A stretch of 58,093 bases of DNA, filler included, from Bipalium vagum (taxonomy: Eukaryota), in the NCBI GenBank assembly GCA_037834085.1. It is 3 parts of 3 records of this genome, joined end to end, with 100 filler letters (N's around TTAATTAATTAA, not from the genome) between each part and the next. Parts side by side here need not be neighbours in the genome. Positions count along the whole stretch, not along the records: positions 18,309 to 41,876 come from JBBMKC010207709.1; positions 41,977 to 58,093 come from JBBMKC010126171.1; 1 more part is not named here. One strand, 5' to 3'. Shown in pieces: positions 38,201 to 49,700 of this stretch (position 1 is the stretch's first letter; each line of letters opens with the position of its first letter). The notes under the pieces are model-generated. The model saw nothing but the letters and a program-made list of their open reading frames with translations. It was not told the DNA's origin and made no database searches. Made by a program: the position numbers and the translations under genes.

Positions 38201-41030
38201 ATTTTATTGAAATTATGATTATTACAATTTTCTTATAAAAAAATGATTTTTCTATTATGATTTCCTTATTTTAAAAACGATTTTAGGCAGTAAAGGTTTG
38301 GGGATCAGTATTCTTGGTATGGGTGTCGGTCACAGTGTAGGATTACAAAAATTGGGAATTTTTGTCAAATCAATAATACCCGGTGGAGCAGCCGAAGAAG
38401 ATGGGAGGTTAATAATTTTTGCTTAAAATCTCTTTTTGGAAACAAGTAGAATTCAATATTGATTTGTTAACAACACAAGGTTTCTTATTTTATTATTTAA
38501 TAATGAATAACATTGATATGGTCATAAGAGGTTAAAGGTGATAATCATAAATTATAAAAACTTTTAATGAATGATAAAATATTTTTGGTATATTTATTTA
38601 AATTAACAGATTTTCAACCAATTTACAAGTTTCCACGTGTATTCATTCTTCATAGAAAATAATTATTTTTCAAATCTACGAAATATTCAAAGATTTCTAC
38701 TTATCTTTTTCATAGATTATAGGCTTAATTTTTATTTAATGAAATGAACTTTACATTTTTATGGTAGGATTAACTTCTCAGTAATATTTTGTTATCCATT
38801 ATAGGAGAGTTTTATGCATAATTTTGTTATTCTGATAATAATAATAAATATAAAATATAGAAGAAAATATAAGCGACAGATGTTTTTAATTAAATGTGGA
38901 CGTCTATGGATGTTCTTAAAAGAAATATTAAGTAAAGATATCGTGAATTCTCAATATATGTGTTAAAGAAAATGTCAAGTGATAATAGTTAACAAAATTT
39001 GTGTTCAAACTGATGAAATCTTTAAGGAAATTGAATGCCAATTATTTGTTTGTTAATTTGATTTGTTCTGTGAAATCTTTATTCAATTAATTTTCTAATT
39101 TTGAGATATGTACCATTTATAATTGAATAATTTTTAGCATAATCTCTAATTGTTTTTATATTAAATATTTAACACAATATATTTATGACATTTTATTCTG
39201 TTTGTTCAATTTACTTAAAAAAAAAAATATTTTAATTTTAATATTTTATTCTTTTAACTTATTTGAATTGGAGATACTAAAGTGATTAAAATAAGAAAAA
39301 ATAGGTATATCTTAAAAATTTTTAATTATAATGAAAATTAAAAAATTCTTTTATATTGATATTCTATTTTATTTATTAAAATAAACAAGTTATGGTGTAC
39401 AAGTTAATAATAATGAGATTGTAATGATAATTAGCAAAACAAAAACATAAGTTATAAAGAGTATCAGAAGTTTAAGCACAACAAGATTAAAAATGTGAAA
39501 TCAATAATTATTAATGAACTATAGTATTATTATCGTCAAAACATATACCAACTATCTTTTTTCTTTATCATTTCATTAATTTTAATGCGCAACATATATA
39601 TAAATATTTGTGAAAATCATTAAGTATCATCAATTCTAAGTTTTTATACAAAATCAGTTCCAATGACATGACTTAATAATTTTGTTTCAGAAACAAACAG
39701 ACTGGATATAGTAACTTCTTGACAGTGTTTTTGATATAATGGAGTCTGCTTTGTTTTTTTTCAGATTTATTCTTTTAGTACTTTGGATAGTGAAACCGTA
39801 AAAAATATATTTTAAAAATGATATAAAATATTGAATAAATTCTTAGTTTTATTAATTTGTATGTTTTTATAAGTTTTTACGATGATTTATATAAAATAAT
39901 TGAAATTTTTATTAATCTTGAAGAAAATTTTACTCTATTATTTTATTCTGTTCTTTATTGTTTTTCTTCTCAAATTTTTCGAAGTCGAATTTGAAAAAAA
40001 TGATAAAACCAGCACATCTTTAATCGACAACTGCCGGGTCTTTAAATTTATTGAACTTCTTTTTACTGCATCAAATGAAAAAGTAATGTATGATTAATTA
40101 TAATTGTAAAAAGATATATGAAGATAATTTATGCTAAAGACTTGATAATAATTTTAATTAAGTAAAATTCTTTTTTCGTAATACCATTCATTTTAATTAC
40201 TCTTCTACATCAAATCAATTTGATCAAAGAACTAATATCAGAATCTTTTTTATTTTTAATCAACTTTATATCCTTAATGAATAGATCAAAATTAGATTTC
40301 AAATTTTTTTAATGAATAAGAGCAAAATATACTCTTGGGATTCTGTCAACCTTAACTCAGTTGATTTATATATTTAAGAAACTGTAAGAATAAATTTTCT
40401 TTTTTTATGTATATATAATAATTATTGGTTCCTTTGATCAAAGTTTAATTTATTATACTAATATTTAATTTATGAATCTTTCAAAATAAACTGGTAATTA
40501 TATATATTCATTTAAAGCAATAAAATGCTATTTCTGTTACAATAATATACAATTTGACATGTTGATGAAAGTGGCATTTTTATATAAAAATTTTTAGGAA
40601 ATGTGTTTTTCCCTTAATAACAAACTCTTAATTGCTTTTTTTTGTAAAACTAGACAATGATAAAAAGTAACTGACCTTCAAATCAATAGCTTGTATCGTA
40701 CTATTACCCTTAATTTATTAATATAAATATATAAATTATTAATAGATTTTAAATATATATTCATTAAAGTCGTATAAATTTGAACTATACGTGAGATATA
40801 ATCAACTAAACTCAGATATATTTCGATTAATTCAGAAGAGTTTTATGTTTGAAATTTTTATTAAATTTTGTTACAAAATGAAATGTAAAATTTAGAAATT
40901 TTTCTTGATCATATAAAGTCAATAGGATTCAAGTCTACGATCAGATAGTTGAAGTTGACGGACAGAGCTTGGTTTGTGTTTCCCAAGAATACGCAGCTTC
41001 CGTTTTGAGAAATACTTATGGTGTAGTTAA
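23222..41030 (+). CDS. Spn: Neurabin/spinophilin (PPP1R9 family), 5' part
   Basis: Phase-consistent GT-AG exons: 23222-23265, 23314-23484, 23533-23656, 27655-27827, 27880-28259, 29252-29282, 31905-31959, 32036-32252, 37524-37702, 37775-37907, 38287-38407, 40926-41030. They encode N-terminal [13 protein letters not shown] (actin-binding motif), the PP1 RVxF motif KVHF followed by [32 protein letters not shown], and a PDZ domain [47 protein letters not shown]. The gene continues past the contig end. Confidence 0.92.
25952..27170 (+). mobile_element. rosa/DD41D-family transposon, full length, inactivated
   Basis: TIRs (C/T)AGG(C/G)TGGCCACTAAAAGACT with TA on both sides. Motifs MSNEAHF, VWCG, WFQQDGA and [14 protein letters not shown], with 41 residues between the 2nd and 3rd D. 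Contains stops and frameshifts. Confidence 0.9.
29488..29908. mobile_element. Tigger/pogo-type MITE
   Basis: Imperfect TIRs CAGTGGACTTCGGTTAATACGAT and ATCGTATTAACTGACTTCCACTA, with internal copies of the CGTATTAAC motif. Confidence 0.7.
34921..35037 (-). pseudogene. N-terminus of a non-LTR retrotransposon ORF with a truncated C2H2 zinc finger (R2/HERO/NeSL-like)
   Basis: [35 protein letters not shown], then an abrupt junction into the Tc1 TIR (IFI*). CxxC-x12-H with RGLxIH is typical of RLE-clade N-terminal fingers. Confidence 0.7.
35209..35299 (-). ncRNA. HDV-like (CPEB3-type) self-cleaving ribozyme
   Basis: Manual fold: P1 GACUCC(G)/(U)GGAGUU with a G1-U wobble; J1/2 hairpin CUGGCC/GGUCAG; P2 UGGUCAAA/UUUGGCUA; P3 ACC/AGU (one mismatch); L3 UUCUUGC; J1/4 GU; P4 CCU-GAAU-AGG; J4/2 CCAA, with the putative catalytic C at 35220. 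Confidence 0.75.
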
Positions 41031-41876
41031 GTGAGTATTTCGTTTTTAAAGTTTATCCTTCAGTTTAACTAATTAATTAATTTAATGTTTTTATAATTTT
41101 CAAAATTTATAAAATCAAAAAAATAAACTGTCGTGGTTAAAATGACATCATTTTTAAAAATAAATTATATTAATTTTAAAATTTTAAATAATAATAATAA
41201 TAATTATTATTATTATTGTTATTATTATTATTATATATATAATATTAATTTTTTTATAATTTTCATATTATAATAATTTATAACAATTATATTTTAATTA
41301 TTTCTCAACATTAAGTTTATTATATTGGACATCGTTGTTAATTTCTTCTAAGAAAGTTTCATATAAATTCATAGAAAAAAGATGATATCGTATTGAAATC
41401 CATAAATAAAAAGTTAAAAAATATATTCAAGCATTTCCGATATTTAATCAGTCTTATATTGTTTTTACATTCATCTCAAATGTTCTCATTGTGTACTTTG
41501 CCTATTGAAACTTTGACGTTTTTATATGAATTTTCTCATATTTAATTTTAGAAAAATATTTTATTATTAAATAAAAAAAATTATAATATTAAAAAATTCG
41601 CTGATATTTTTGTAGCTATTTTATTCTACTGTTATTCTGTTTCATAGTACATGGAATAGTCATTATAAATTTTATTATACGTGGTAAGGCTGAAAAGTAC
41701 TTAGAATCTACCAAAAATAATGAGTATAATTAAATAAAATATTGAATATTAAATAATAATCATATAGGCATGAAATATATGATTTTTTTTAATATTCTAA
41801 TCTTTTTCAATATTTTTTCGCGTAATTAAATTTGAAACGGTATCATTAATGATTTTTTATATTTTTCTTTCTGGAT

Positions 41877-41976
41877 NNNNNNNNNNNNNNNNNNNNNNNN
41901 NNNNNNNNNNNNNNNNNNNNTTAATTAATTAANNNNNNNNNNNNNNNNNNNNNNNNNNNNNNNNNNNNNNNNNNNN
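41877..41976. other. Artificial contig-joining spacer
   Basis: N44-TTAATTAATTAA-N44. Confidence 0.97.
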
Positions 41977-42169
41977 ATTGAATGAACCTTTAAATATGCT
42001 TTGAACTATCTAATCAATGAAAGATTTACATTTATATAATAAAAAATAAAATACTTGTTTTTCTTCTTTCATTTTATTTCCGAAAATATCGCACGCACCC
42101 TGTACAATATTAATGAAAAAACAATAAATTGATATAGGTCAGAGTTATATAAATAATTATATCTAAATT

Positions 42170-43260
42170 GATGTCGTGCCAATGGATAAATAGTGAAGTC
42201 AATTAAATTTTCGAAAGTGGGCTCAGGCTTCTGGCGGGGACTGTATTAACTTTAATATTAATTAACTTTAACTTTTTAATAATTAAAATAAATAACATTA
42301 AAATAACCAGATTGTGAGGATTAAAAAGTTAAAAATAATTTAAATTAATTAAAATATTTATTATTTAATTTACTTAATTTGTTAATTAATTAATAAATTT
42401 AACTAACATGGCGCACCAACACAATCTGGACATTATCGCAGCCTGATAGATACCACAAAAAAGTTTAGAAGGGGTGATGTGCTAGACAATTAATTAAAGA
42501 ATGCGAAAGGTATTTCGCGTTGTTGAAGATCGCGAATTTGTCTTAGGCAACATTAGTGGTGCGGCTTTTAGATCAAGAATTGATCCTCGTTTATGAAGTT
42601 GTAAGTGCAGATTAGAAGAACTTTGATGAAAAGCTTCATAAAGTATTAGTAGAAGTCATTAGTAGAACTTTTGTTAGTACACTGTATAAATGACCCAGAA
42701 TGTAAAATGGAATTATGCATACGGGAAGTGAAATGAGAAGAGAAAGTGAAGAAGACAATAAAAAAGATGGACGAATGTAGAGTTGAGATAGAGAAAATAA
42801 ATGCAGTTCGAGAGCCAAGAACTTGACAATATCAGAGTTATAGTGGTATACGACCAAGAGAGGAGAGTCACAAGTGCAACGAAGATCATCAAAAATGATT
42901 TTCTAAATAAAAGAGAATACTGGGTATGTCACAAGATCGAACACATAAGTAGAAATTGTAATATGGAAAAGAAACCGAATTGTTTCATGTGGGGAGTGGA
43001 AGGGCACGTTCGAAGACAATGGCCCACTGTGAAGTGTAACCGATACGGTCTACAGGGACACTTGGAGAGTGTGTACTTTACAAATGTAGAAAGAAGACGA
43101 GATGACAGGAGAACATCATAGGGAGAAAGAAACGTACAGTTTAATTATTCTCGTGATAAAAAGTATTTCAATACAATGGCTGAAGATAACAGAGAACAAG
43201 ACAGTGAAAGATACTTGACTAATGATATTATTAAAAACAACAAAAAAATGAAAAGAAAAA
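42170..43260 (+). mobile_element. Ty3/gypsy-like LTR retrotransposon 5' relic (PBS-like site and gag with three zinc knuckles)
   Basis: TGGCG PBS-like motif at 42232 and an ATG at 42408 (KECERYFALL). Degenerate CCHC knuckles YWVCHKIEHISRNC, CFMWGVEGHVRRQW and CNRYGLQGHLESVY. Confidence 0.7.
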
Positions 43261-43604
43261 AATGAACCTCCACACAATTATGAAGTAATAAAATTGAAAT
43301 TCGGGTCTCACAATTATTCTATATCCTTTTTAGTTGTCTTAGTCCTCACCACATTAGGCGATTTTTGATATGTCGTTCATTTAGTAAAGGTTTCTTCGTT
43401 CCAATCCGTAGGGACAATCTATACATTTTCAGAATATACAGCTGACATCATAAAACTTTAATTTAATTCGTAATGGATTATTTTGTGAATTTATTTATTT
43501 TGTGTGGACGGTAATGTAATACGAAACAGAAATACTGAAAATATCCGTAGTATAATATCAAGATCCGTGAAACCATGATCAACGGGACATTTTAAAAATT
43601 GGTA

Positions 43605-44263
43605 CAGTAACCGCTCGATATAAGCAATTTTCGATATAGGCATGTTCTATATAAGCAAAGCTAAATTCGCTATAAGCAATAAATTAAAATTTATTAATTA
43701 ATAATTCTAAGTCTATTTAATTAATATTACTTTGTTTAATTTTAGTAACTTTATTTAAAAATTTAAATTCGAAAGTATACAAAAAAAATAAACGGAGCTC
43801 TATTTCTATGCAAGACAAATTATCAATTTTAAAAAAGATTGAAAGTTGGAACAAACCAAACGATATATGTAAAAATATTCTATCCATGCATCAACATTAT
43901 CTAGAATTAAGATTAATAAGGGAAATATTCATACTTTTGTGTCGAATAATATAAAAGCTACGACTTTTATGAAATGAATGAAATCAATCACAGAAACTGA
44001 CGATGAAGAATTAAACGAGGTGGGCAATGACATAAGGAAAACATTGACAATGTTATTAACTCATTCAATACTGTTATAGAATGGGGTGAAAATAATAATA
44101 TCTCGATCAACGAAATGCTTTTATTACGTAGAATTCGAGAATACGTGTTTTTATACGTGGTTTTATACGTGTTTTTTATTCAAAAATAAAAATGTGATAT
44201 AAGCAATTTTTTCGATAAGAAATTTATTTGGTTCATTTTATTGCTTATATCGAGCGGTTACTG
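43605..44263 (+). mobile_element. Non-autonomous Tigger/pogo deletion derivative (MITE-like)
   Basis: Perfect 24-bp TIR CAGTAACCGCTCGATATAAGCAAT with TA on both sides. Internal HTH_psq remnant KRSSISMQDKLSILKKIES..ASTLSRIK. Confidence 0.9.
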
Positions 44264-44278
44264 TATACCATTTCTACC

Positions 44279-44418
44279 TCAATTTTAGAATTTTACATTT
44301 CAATTTTAGAATTTTATATTTCAATTTTAGAATTTTATATTTCAATTTTAGAATTTTGCATTTCAATTTTAGAATTTTACATTTCAATTTTAGAATTTTG
44401 CATTTCAATTTTAGAATT
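44279..44418. repeat. 21-bp minisatellite, about 6.6 copies
   Basis: Unit TCAATTTTAGAATTTT(A/G)(C/T)ATT, starting at 44279, 44300, 44321, 44342, 44363, 44384 and 44405. Confidence 0.95.
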
Positions 44419-44525
44419 ACAAAGTTCTTAAAAAAGTTGTTTATAACAATTTATTTATGTAAACATTTAACAACAATGAACAATTATTGTATTGATATAA
44501 ATTATTAAACAATATATACAAAATT

Positions 44526-45165
44526 TTATTGATGTTTATAAGGAAGACATGCTGCTGCATTAATTAAATTTCGGGTCATATGACGAAAATAGTCGTTACA
44601 ATCATTAGCTGTAACACTTGTTACTGCTTCCAAGATTAAATCCCTAAATCTACCAACAGGTTTATTTCTTATAAGTGATTTGACTTTATTTTTTACTTTT
44701 GAAAATGTAGTTTCAATAAGGTTCAGCATATACGAGTATGGCGAAAGAAATTTGAACTGAAACCCAAATTCTGATGTCATTGCTTCCAGGTCTTTGCGTC
44801 GATGAATAGGTGCATTATCAAGAACAATACAAGCTGCAGTCATGGCTTTCTCATCTCGAAGATATGAACATAATTCCTGTATGTAAGAAACAAATATATC
44901 GCCATTAACGGTGTTGTTATCAATAACTTTAGAATACTGAACACCGCTAATCCCAATACTCGATAGTAAAGAATCGGATCTACCCCTAATTGTTGGAAGT
45001 TTAATATTAGCTCGTTTTCCTTTCTTTGAACGAGCTTGACCACGCTTTAAATGCAAATTGAAATGGGATTCATCAACGAATATTGGTTCTTCGAATCCAT
45101 TGACAAATCTGACATTAAACCAGAGAGCATATTCTTGCCGAAGTTTTAGATATTTTTCTTCATAT
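44526..45165 (-). mobile_element. IS630-like DD34E transposase, catalytic domain open, 5'-truncated
   Basis: IFVDESHF, IVLDNAPIH and FLSPYSYMLNLIE, with 34 residues from D to E. The HTH part is missing. Confidence 0.88.
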
Positions 45166-45303
45166 TTTGAATAATCTAGGTATCGTTGATGAATCCCCTT
45201 TCAATTTGCATTTAAAGCGTGGTCAAGCTCGTTCAAAGAAAGGAAAACGAGCTAATATTAAACTTCCAACAATTAGAGGTAGATCCGTTTCTTTACTATC
45301 GAG
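44959..45303. repeat. 121-bp inverted duplication of transposase sequence
   Basis: 45183-45303 is the reverse complement of 44959-45079 with 3 mismatches; the spacer is about 103 nt. Confidence 0.93.
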
Positions 45304-48300
45304 AGTTAGCATTTCTATATTTTCGAGATTAGATCTCGCAGTAAGCGTCGAACCAAACACTTACACTTTTGAAAGATTGATAACAACCCATTAGTTTCTA
45401 ATTCATATACAAAAGTACTTCAACTGAAATTTTCAGTAATGCACAGCAATACCTACATGTTCGTTTACACAAACTTAACATATTTCTGTCATTTCATGAT
45501 CTAACAGGCATCTTACAAAATGGAGACCTTGATACTTCTGCATATGGAGGACCTACTTTTTAATGAATATATGTTGCTAGGCTCTGCTCCAAGTAGTTAT
45601 TTAGAGTTACCTTTGAAAATTGGACAAATAACGATGTGAATTAGCAATATTAGACTAAATGAAGTAACTAAAACTTACTTCATGTTTTTAAGCCAATAAC
45701 ACAGCTGTAGCAGGGCGGATCCCCGTTATTTGTGCTGTAGTCTCAAGTTATACCGTTTCCAAAAGTTCTTTTCATTACATTTAACAATAAATTCGTTTTC
45801 CGGTTTAAATTCTTAGATGAATTCCAGTCTCGGTAGACAATAATGGTATGACAGGTTTATACAATTCAAAAATGTGCCCTCTCTTATCATTGATGTTTAA
45901 CTAGAAGTTCAACCTTCTACTTTTGAATGACCAGTACTATTGTATTGCAAGAGGTTTCAACTTCGCCGCGGAATAGAAAAGTTCAACTGTACTTTTATCA
46001 TAAATAAAAATCTCTCACATTTACAGCTGGATATTATTTATTATCGTCCTAGTCAAGAGTTCCTTAATCAGATGCTTCCATGTCCACCAAAATCTATTTA
46101 AATGAATTTCCTTATTTATTTAAATCTGAAATTAATGTGTTATCGTTAAAGCTTTTGTTTATTTGAATTGATTTTTGCGTAACTTCGAAATTATTTTTCT
46201 TTTATGATTGGACCATATAACTATTCAAAATTTGCTTTTTCCTACAAAACAAACTATTCGTGTTTTTCCCGTTGGCCCTTTAAAAAGGTCTTACTGCAAT
46301 GACAACGGCCAAGGATACAATCAATGACGTATATACAGAATTTATTATGGTAAACAGTCGACAGTGTTCAACATCAAAATTTTATTTCCATTACAGTTTC
46401 TTTTCAATAGAAATTATATAAGCGCAACACAGAAAAAGAACCCTTCTCACACTGCCGCTATAAAACCTTTGGAATATAATTGTTTCTCCCTCCGCCTCTC
46501 CTTCCCTCTGATTTTTAAGCACATTAAAAAATGTTTTCGTAATAAAAATATTTTCTTTATTTCGGTACCGAGTCCTTCCAATGAGAACCAACCATCCTCA
46601 TTTCACAATCAATAACCGATGAAGCACAACTTAAAATCAAATCCGATCAAGTATGTAAAATCAATAATTATAATGGTCGCCTCAAATAAAAGGGAGAATA
46701 ATCAACAACAAAAAACAAACTGCCACCACCAATGCACCACCACCGCCGCCGTATCTTAAAATTGGGAAAAAATTGTTCGTAAACCAAAATCGATTCCATG
46801 GATGCACAGAAGCACACAATTGGAAACGAAAAAAATCCATAGAATATGTAGATATAGAGAGAGTTACATAAACAATAATAATAGTAATAATCGATAGTAA
46901 TAATATTAATAATTGCACGTTGATAGTATGATTAGAAAAATAGCGAATATTGCTCGACTGAATCTTGTTCATCTGTTAACGTTTCTTTTTACAAGGCCGA
47001 CACCATTTCTGTTTCGCCGCTCAATCTGTCAACTGCTCGCATTTCCTCTGCTCCTGGTCCACAGCACGGACATGGTCAGGACTTTGCGATGATCAAATTA
47101 AAAACTCAAAAGTGTAACTGGTATACAAAGGATAACATGGATTGTTACTAAGAATAGAAACACAACAAAAAATGACAAAAATCAATAATAAAAAAGAAAA
47201 TATTGGTGAGATTTGCTGTGGACATTATCTTTGATTCGAAGCAAACGTGCTCCATATTCCAACAAAAATGCTTTTATCAAATGACTAAGACACACTGACA
47301 CACGCACACGCACACATAAAAGAGAACACATATAAGCTGAAATTTTGATTGATTGAAGACACGTCAATAAGTGAGGGGTCTTGAAATGGAACGGGGAGAG
47401 ATAGGATATAACCAGAGGTGATGGTAAACGTTACACGGTTAACAACCAATGCCTGTCATGAAGAAAGTGAGTCTGACAAACATAAAAACGCACACATACA
47501 AAAAAGAGAACTCTCGAAACTAACCTTCCCTCACCCCTACAGCTACCGCCATCATCACCACCACCAGCACAACGAACAAGACGACGATACAAGGAGAAGG
47601 ACAACCAGGAGATGTTCGAATGAAACATTGAATGAATGAGTGACAATGGGTACGAGACAACAACAAAGAATGAGATTTGGAGAAGTGGAAAAGAAAAAGA
47701 GAAAAGAGAAACATGAAGATTGATGAAACAGGAAAAGGTCAAAAGATGTGATTCTCGTACAGAGCGATCATCAGCATAATTACCGTTCCGATCATAAATC
47801 CGATATTTTGCCATAAAAACAAAATGCTTGGTCGATGGAAATTTTTTTTGCCCATCAGTCGTCGAGTGCTCAGTTCGGGGATCTGTCGGAGAGAAAATAA
47901 TTATCAATTTCCGCTTTTATTTTTTAAAAATAATAATAGAAATAAAATAAAAATAATCGAATCATATCTTTGTCGAGCTATGTACCAATGGACACAAATC
48001 CACGGTGCATCTTCATCTGAGATCGATCATTGAAATTGTGAGATTTTAAAACAGCCTCGATAATAACAGAAAAAATAAAAGAAAAGAAAAATGCTGTTTT
48101 GGTATGACCAGTAATATTATCGGGGTACCAGAGTAAGGATATCGAGATAAGAATAAATTTTACAGTTCAACTGCAATTCAAAATTAATGTGCTAATTAAA
48201 GAAAAGTCCTAACTTTAAAATTGAAGGAAGTAAATAAAAGTTTAAAGGATGTAAAAAGAATTTTTAAAAAGATTGAGGAGCGAGCACTCACAGCAATTAA

Positions 48301-48663
48301 TAAATCTATGGATTAAGGTAATGAATAATTTTTCGGAAAAACCAAGTTTATTTAAATATTAGAAAATCAGATGGCGAATTTAAAAAATTTAGAGACAGTT
48401 ATAAAAATTCTTTGTCATGTCTGAAGATATTTCAATCACTAGCTTGACGACCGCACCAGGGCGGGAAACAATTTTGTTTTAATTATTTATATAATATTAT
48501 AGATTGATTATTATAAATTTAACATGAGAAATTTTAAATAATTCAAAGAACGACTACTGATTTTCAGACAGTAGATTGATCCTACAAATCGATTTATTAT
48601 TCAAGGTCACATAAAATCATATTTATATAAGACAGCACAAAATCATTATTTTTCACTCGAAAA

Positions 48664-48900
48664 TTACCGGAAGGAAAAGGTTTTTGCTTTTATATTGGCA
48701 ATTATGATATTAGACTTGACCAGGGAGGTAAGATTTGATGTTTGACTGTGTTTTTTAAATGAATGTTTTAAAATATTAACAAATCTTGGTTGTTTTGCTT
48801 TGTTGAGCAAACTCTGTTTTATATAATCCCACGGTAACCTTAAGTTAGGCGAGTTAGTTGTTGCAGCAACAATTTTAACCAATTATAATTTTATACAATC
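48664..48900 (-). mobile_element. Tc1 C-terminal relic
   Basis: NSPNL..WDYIKQ..LVKS resembles WPPNSPDLNPIENLWxxxK...LVxS. Confidence 0.45.
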
Positions 48901-48966
48901 AGTAGAATTCTTTTATAAGATTTTTTGGAAATGATCTTAATTTAAAATCTTATTTAATTTTTATTA

Positions 48967-49700
48967 CAGTGATTTCACTAATGTTGAACTCTTCCAATAA
49001 TGTTGAACTCTTTTTCAATAATGTTGAACTCTTATTACTAAATCGTTACAATCATGATACAACAAACAAATAACTAAAAGATTGCACTATAAAACCACAT
49101 CCAGTCAACAAGATTTAATTGTTCAAACAGATTTCAATCTTTTCCCACAATCGAAGATTCCGTTTTATTATTTATTCTTACTGGAAAATTTGTTATTTCT
49201 AGCTGATCCAAACCAGGGTCGAAAATCTACGAGAATATTTATGTAATTATTGATTTCAACTGACTAATACGAGTTATGGATTTTTTAATAGAGGTTATAA
49301 AATCAATCCGATTCTTAGAACGATCTGAAGCTTCAAGAACCTTTAGCTTATTGAATACTTCACCTATCGAAGATTGAGAAAAGGTGAATACGGAGTTATC
49401 AAGACTTGCTCATGTCCTGATTCATTGAGCCACCTTTTCACATCCATTAATGTTTTATGGAATCATACATTATCCATTATTATAAAACAAGGCTCTTCCA
49501 ACATAAGAGATAATTCTTCCAAGAATTGCTTGTAAATTCCCATATTACAAGAGGAGCATTGTAATTTGTAATGCTGTATACCATACATAATGCTGTACGC
49601 CATAATCAACGATATATTATCGCCTGACTATTTATAGTTTCCACGATCACTCTTTGTCCTACAATATTTTGACCAAATCTACCGGTCAATAAAGTGATTG
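48967..49700 (-). mobile_element. Second IS630-like/DD34E-type relic, with a TA-CAGTG end carrying three direct repeats
   Basis: TAATGTTGAACTCTT occurs three times at 48979-49033. The minus frame at 49625-49440 reads DNISLIMAYSIMYGIQHYK..FLEELS..PCFIIMDNV*FHK. Linkage of the end and the ORF is inferred. Confidence 0.55.

Noticed and set aside
44228-44431. ORF with ISILEFY repeats, or a CRISPR-like array
   Set aside because: It is the translation of a head-to-tail 21-bp minisatellite with no spacers, in a eukaryotic context.
46990-47090. In-frame TGA before PCPCCG, suggesting selenocysteine
   Set aside because: No upstream open frame or start, and no SECIS element recognised.
47418-47907. 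Poly-His and poly-Gly ORFs on both strands
   Set aside because: Explained by CAC/CAT micro-repeats in a low-stop region; no domain recognised.
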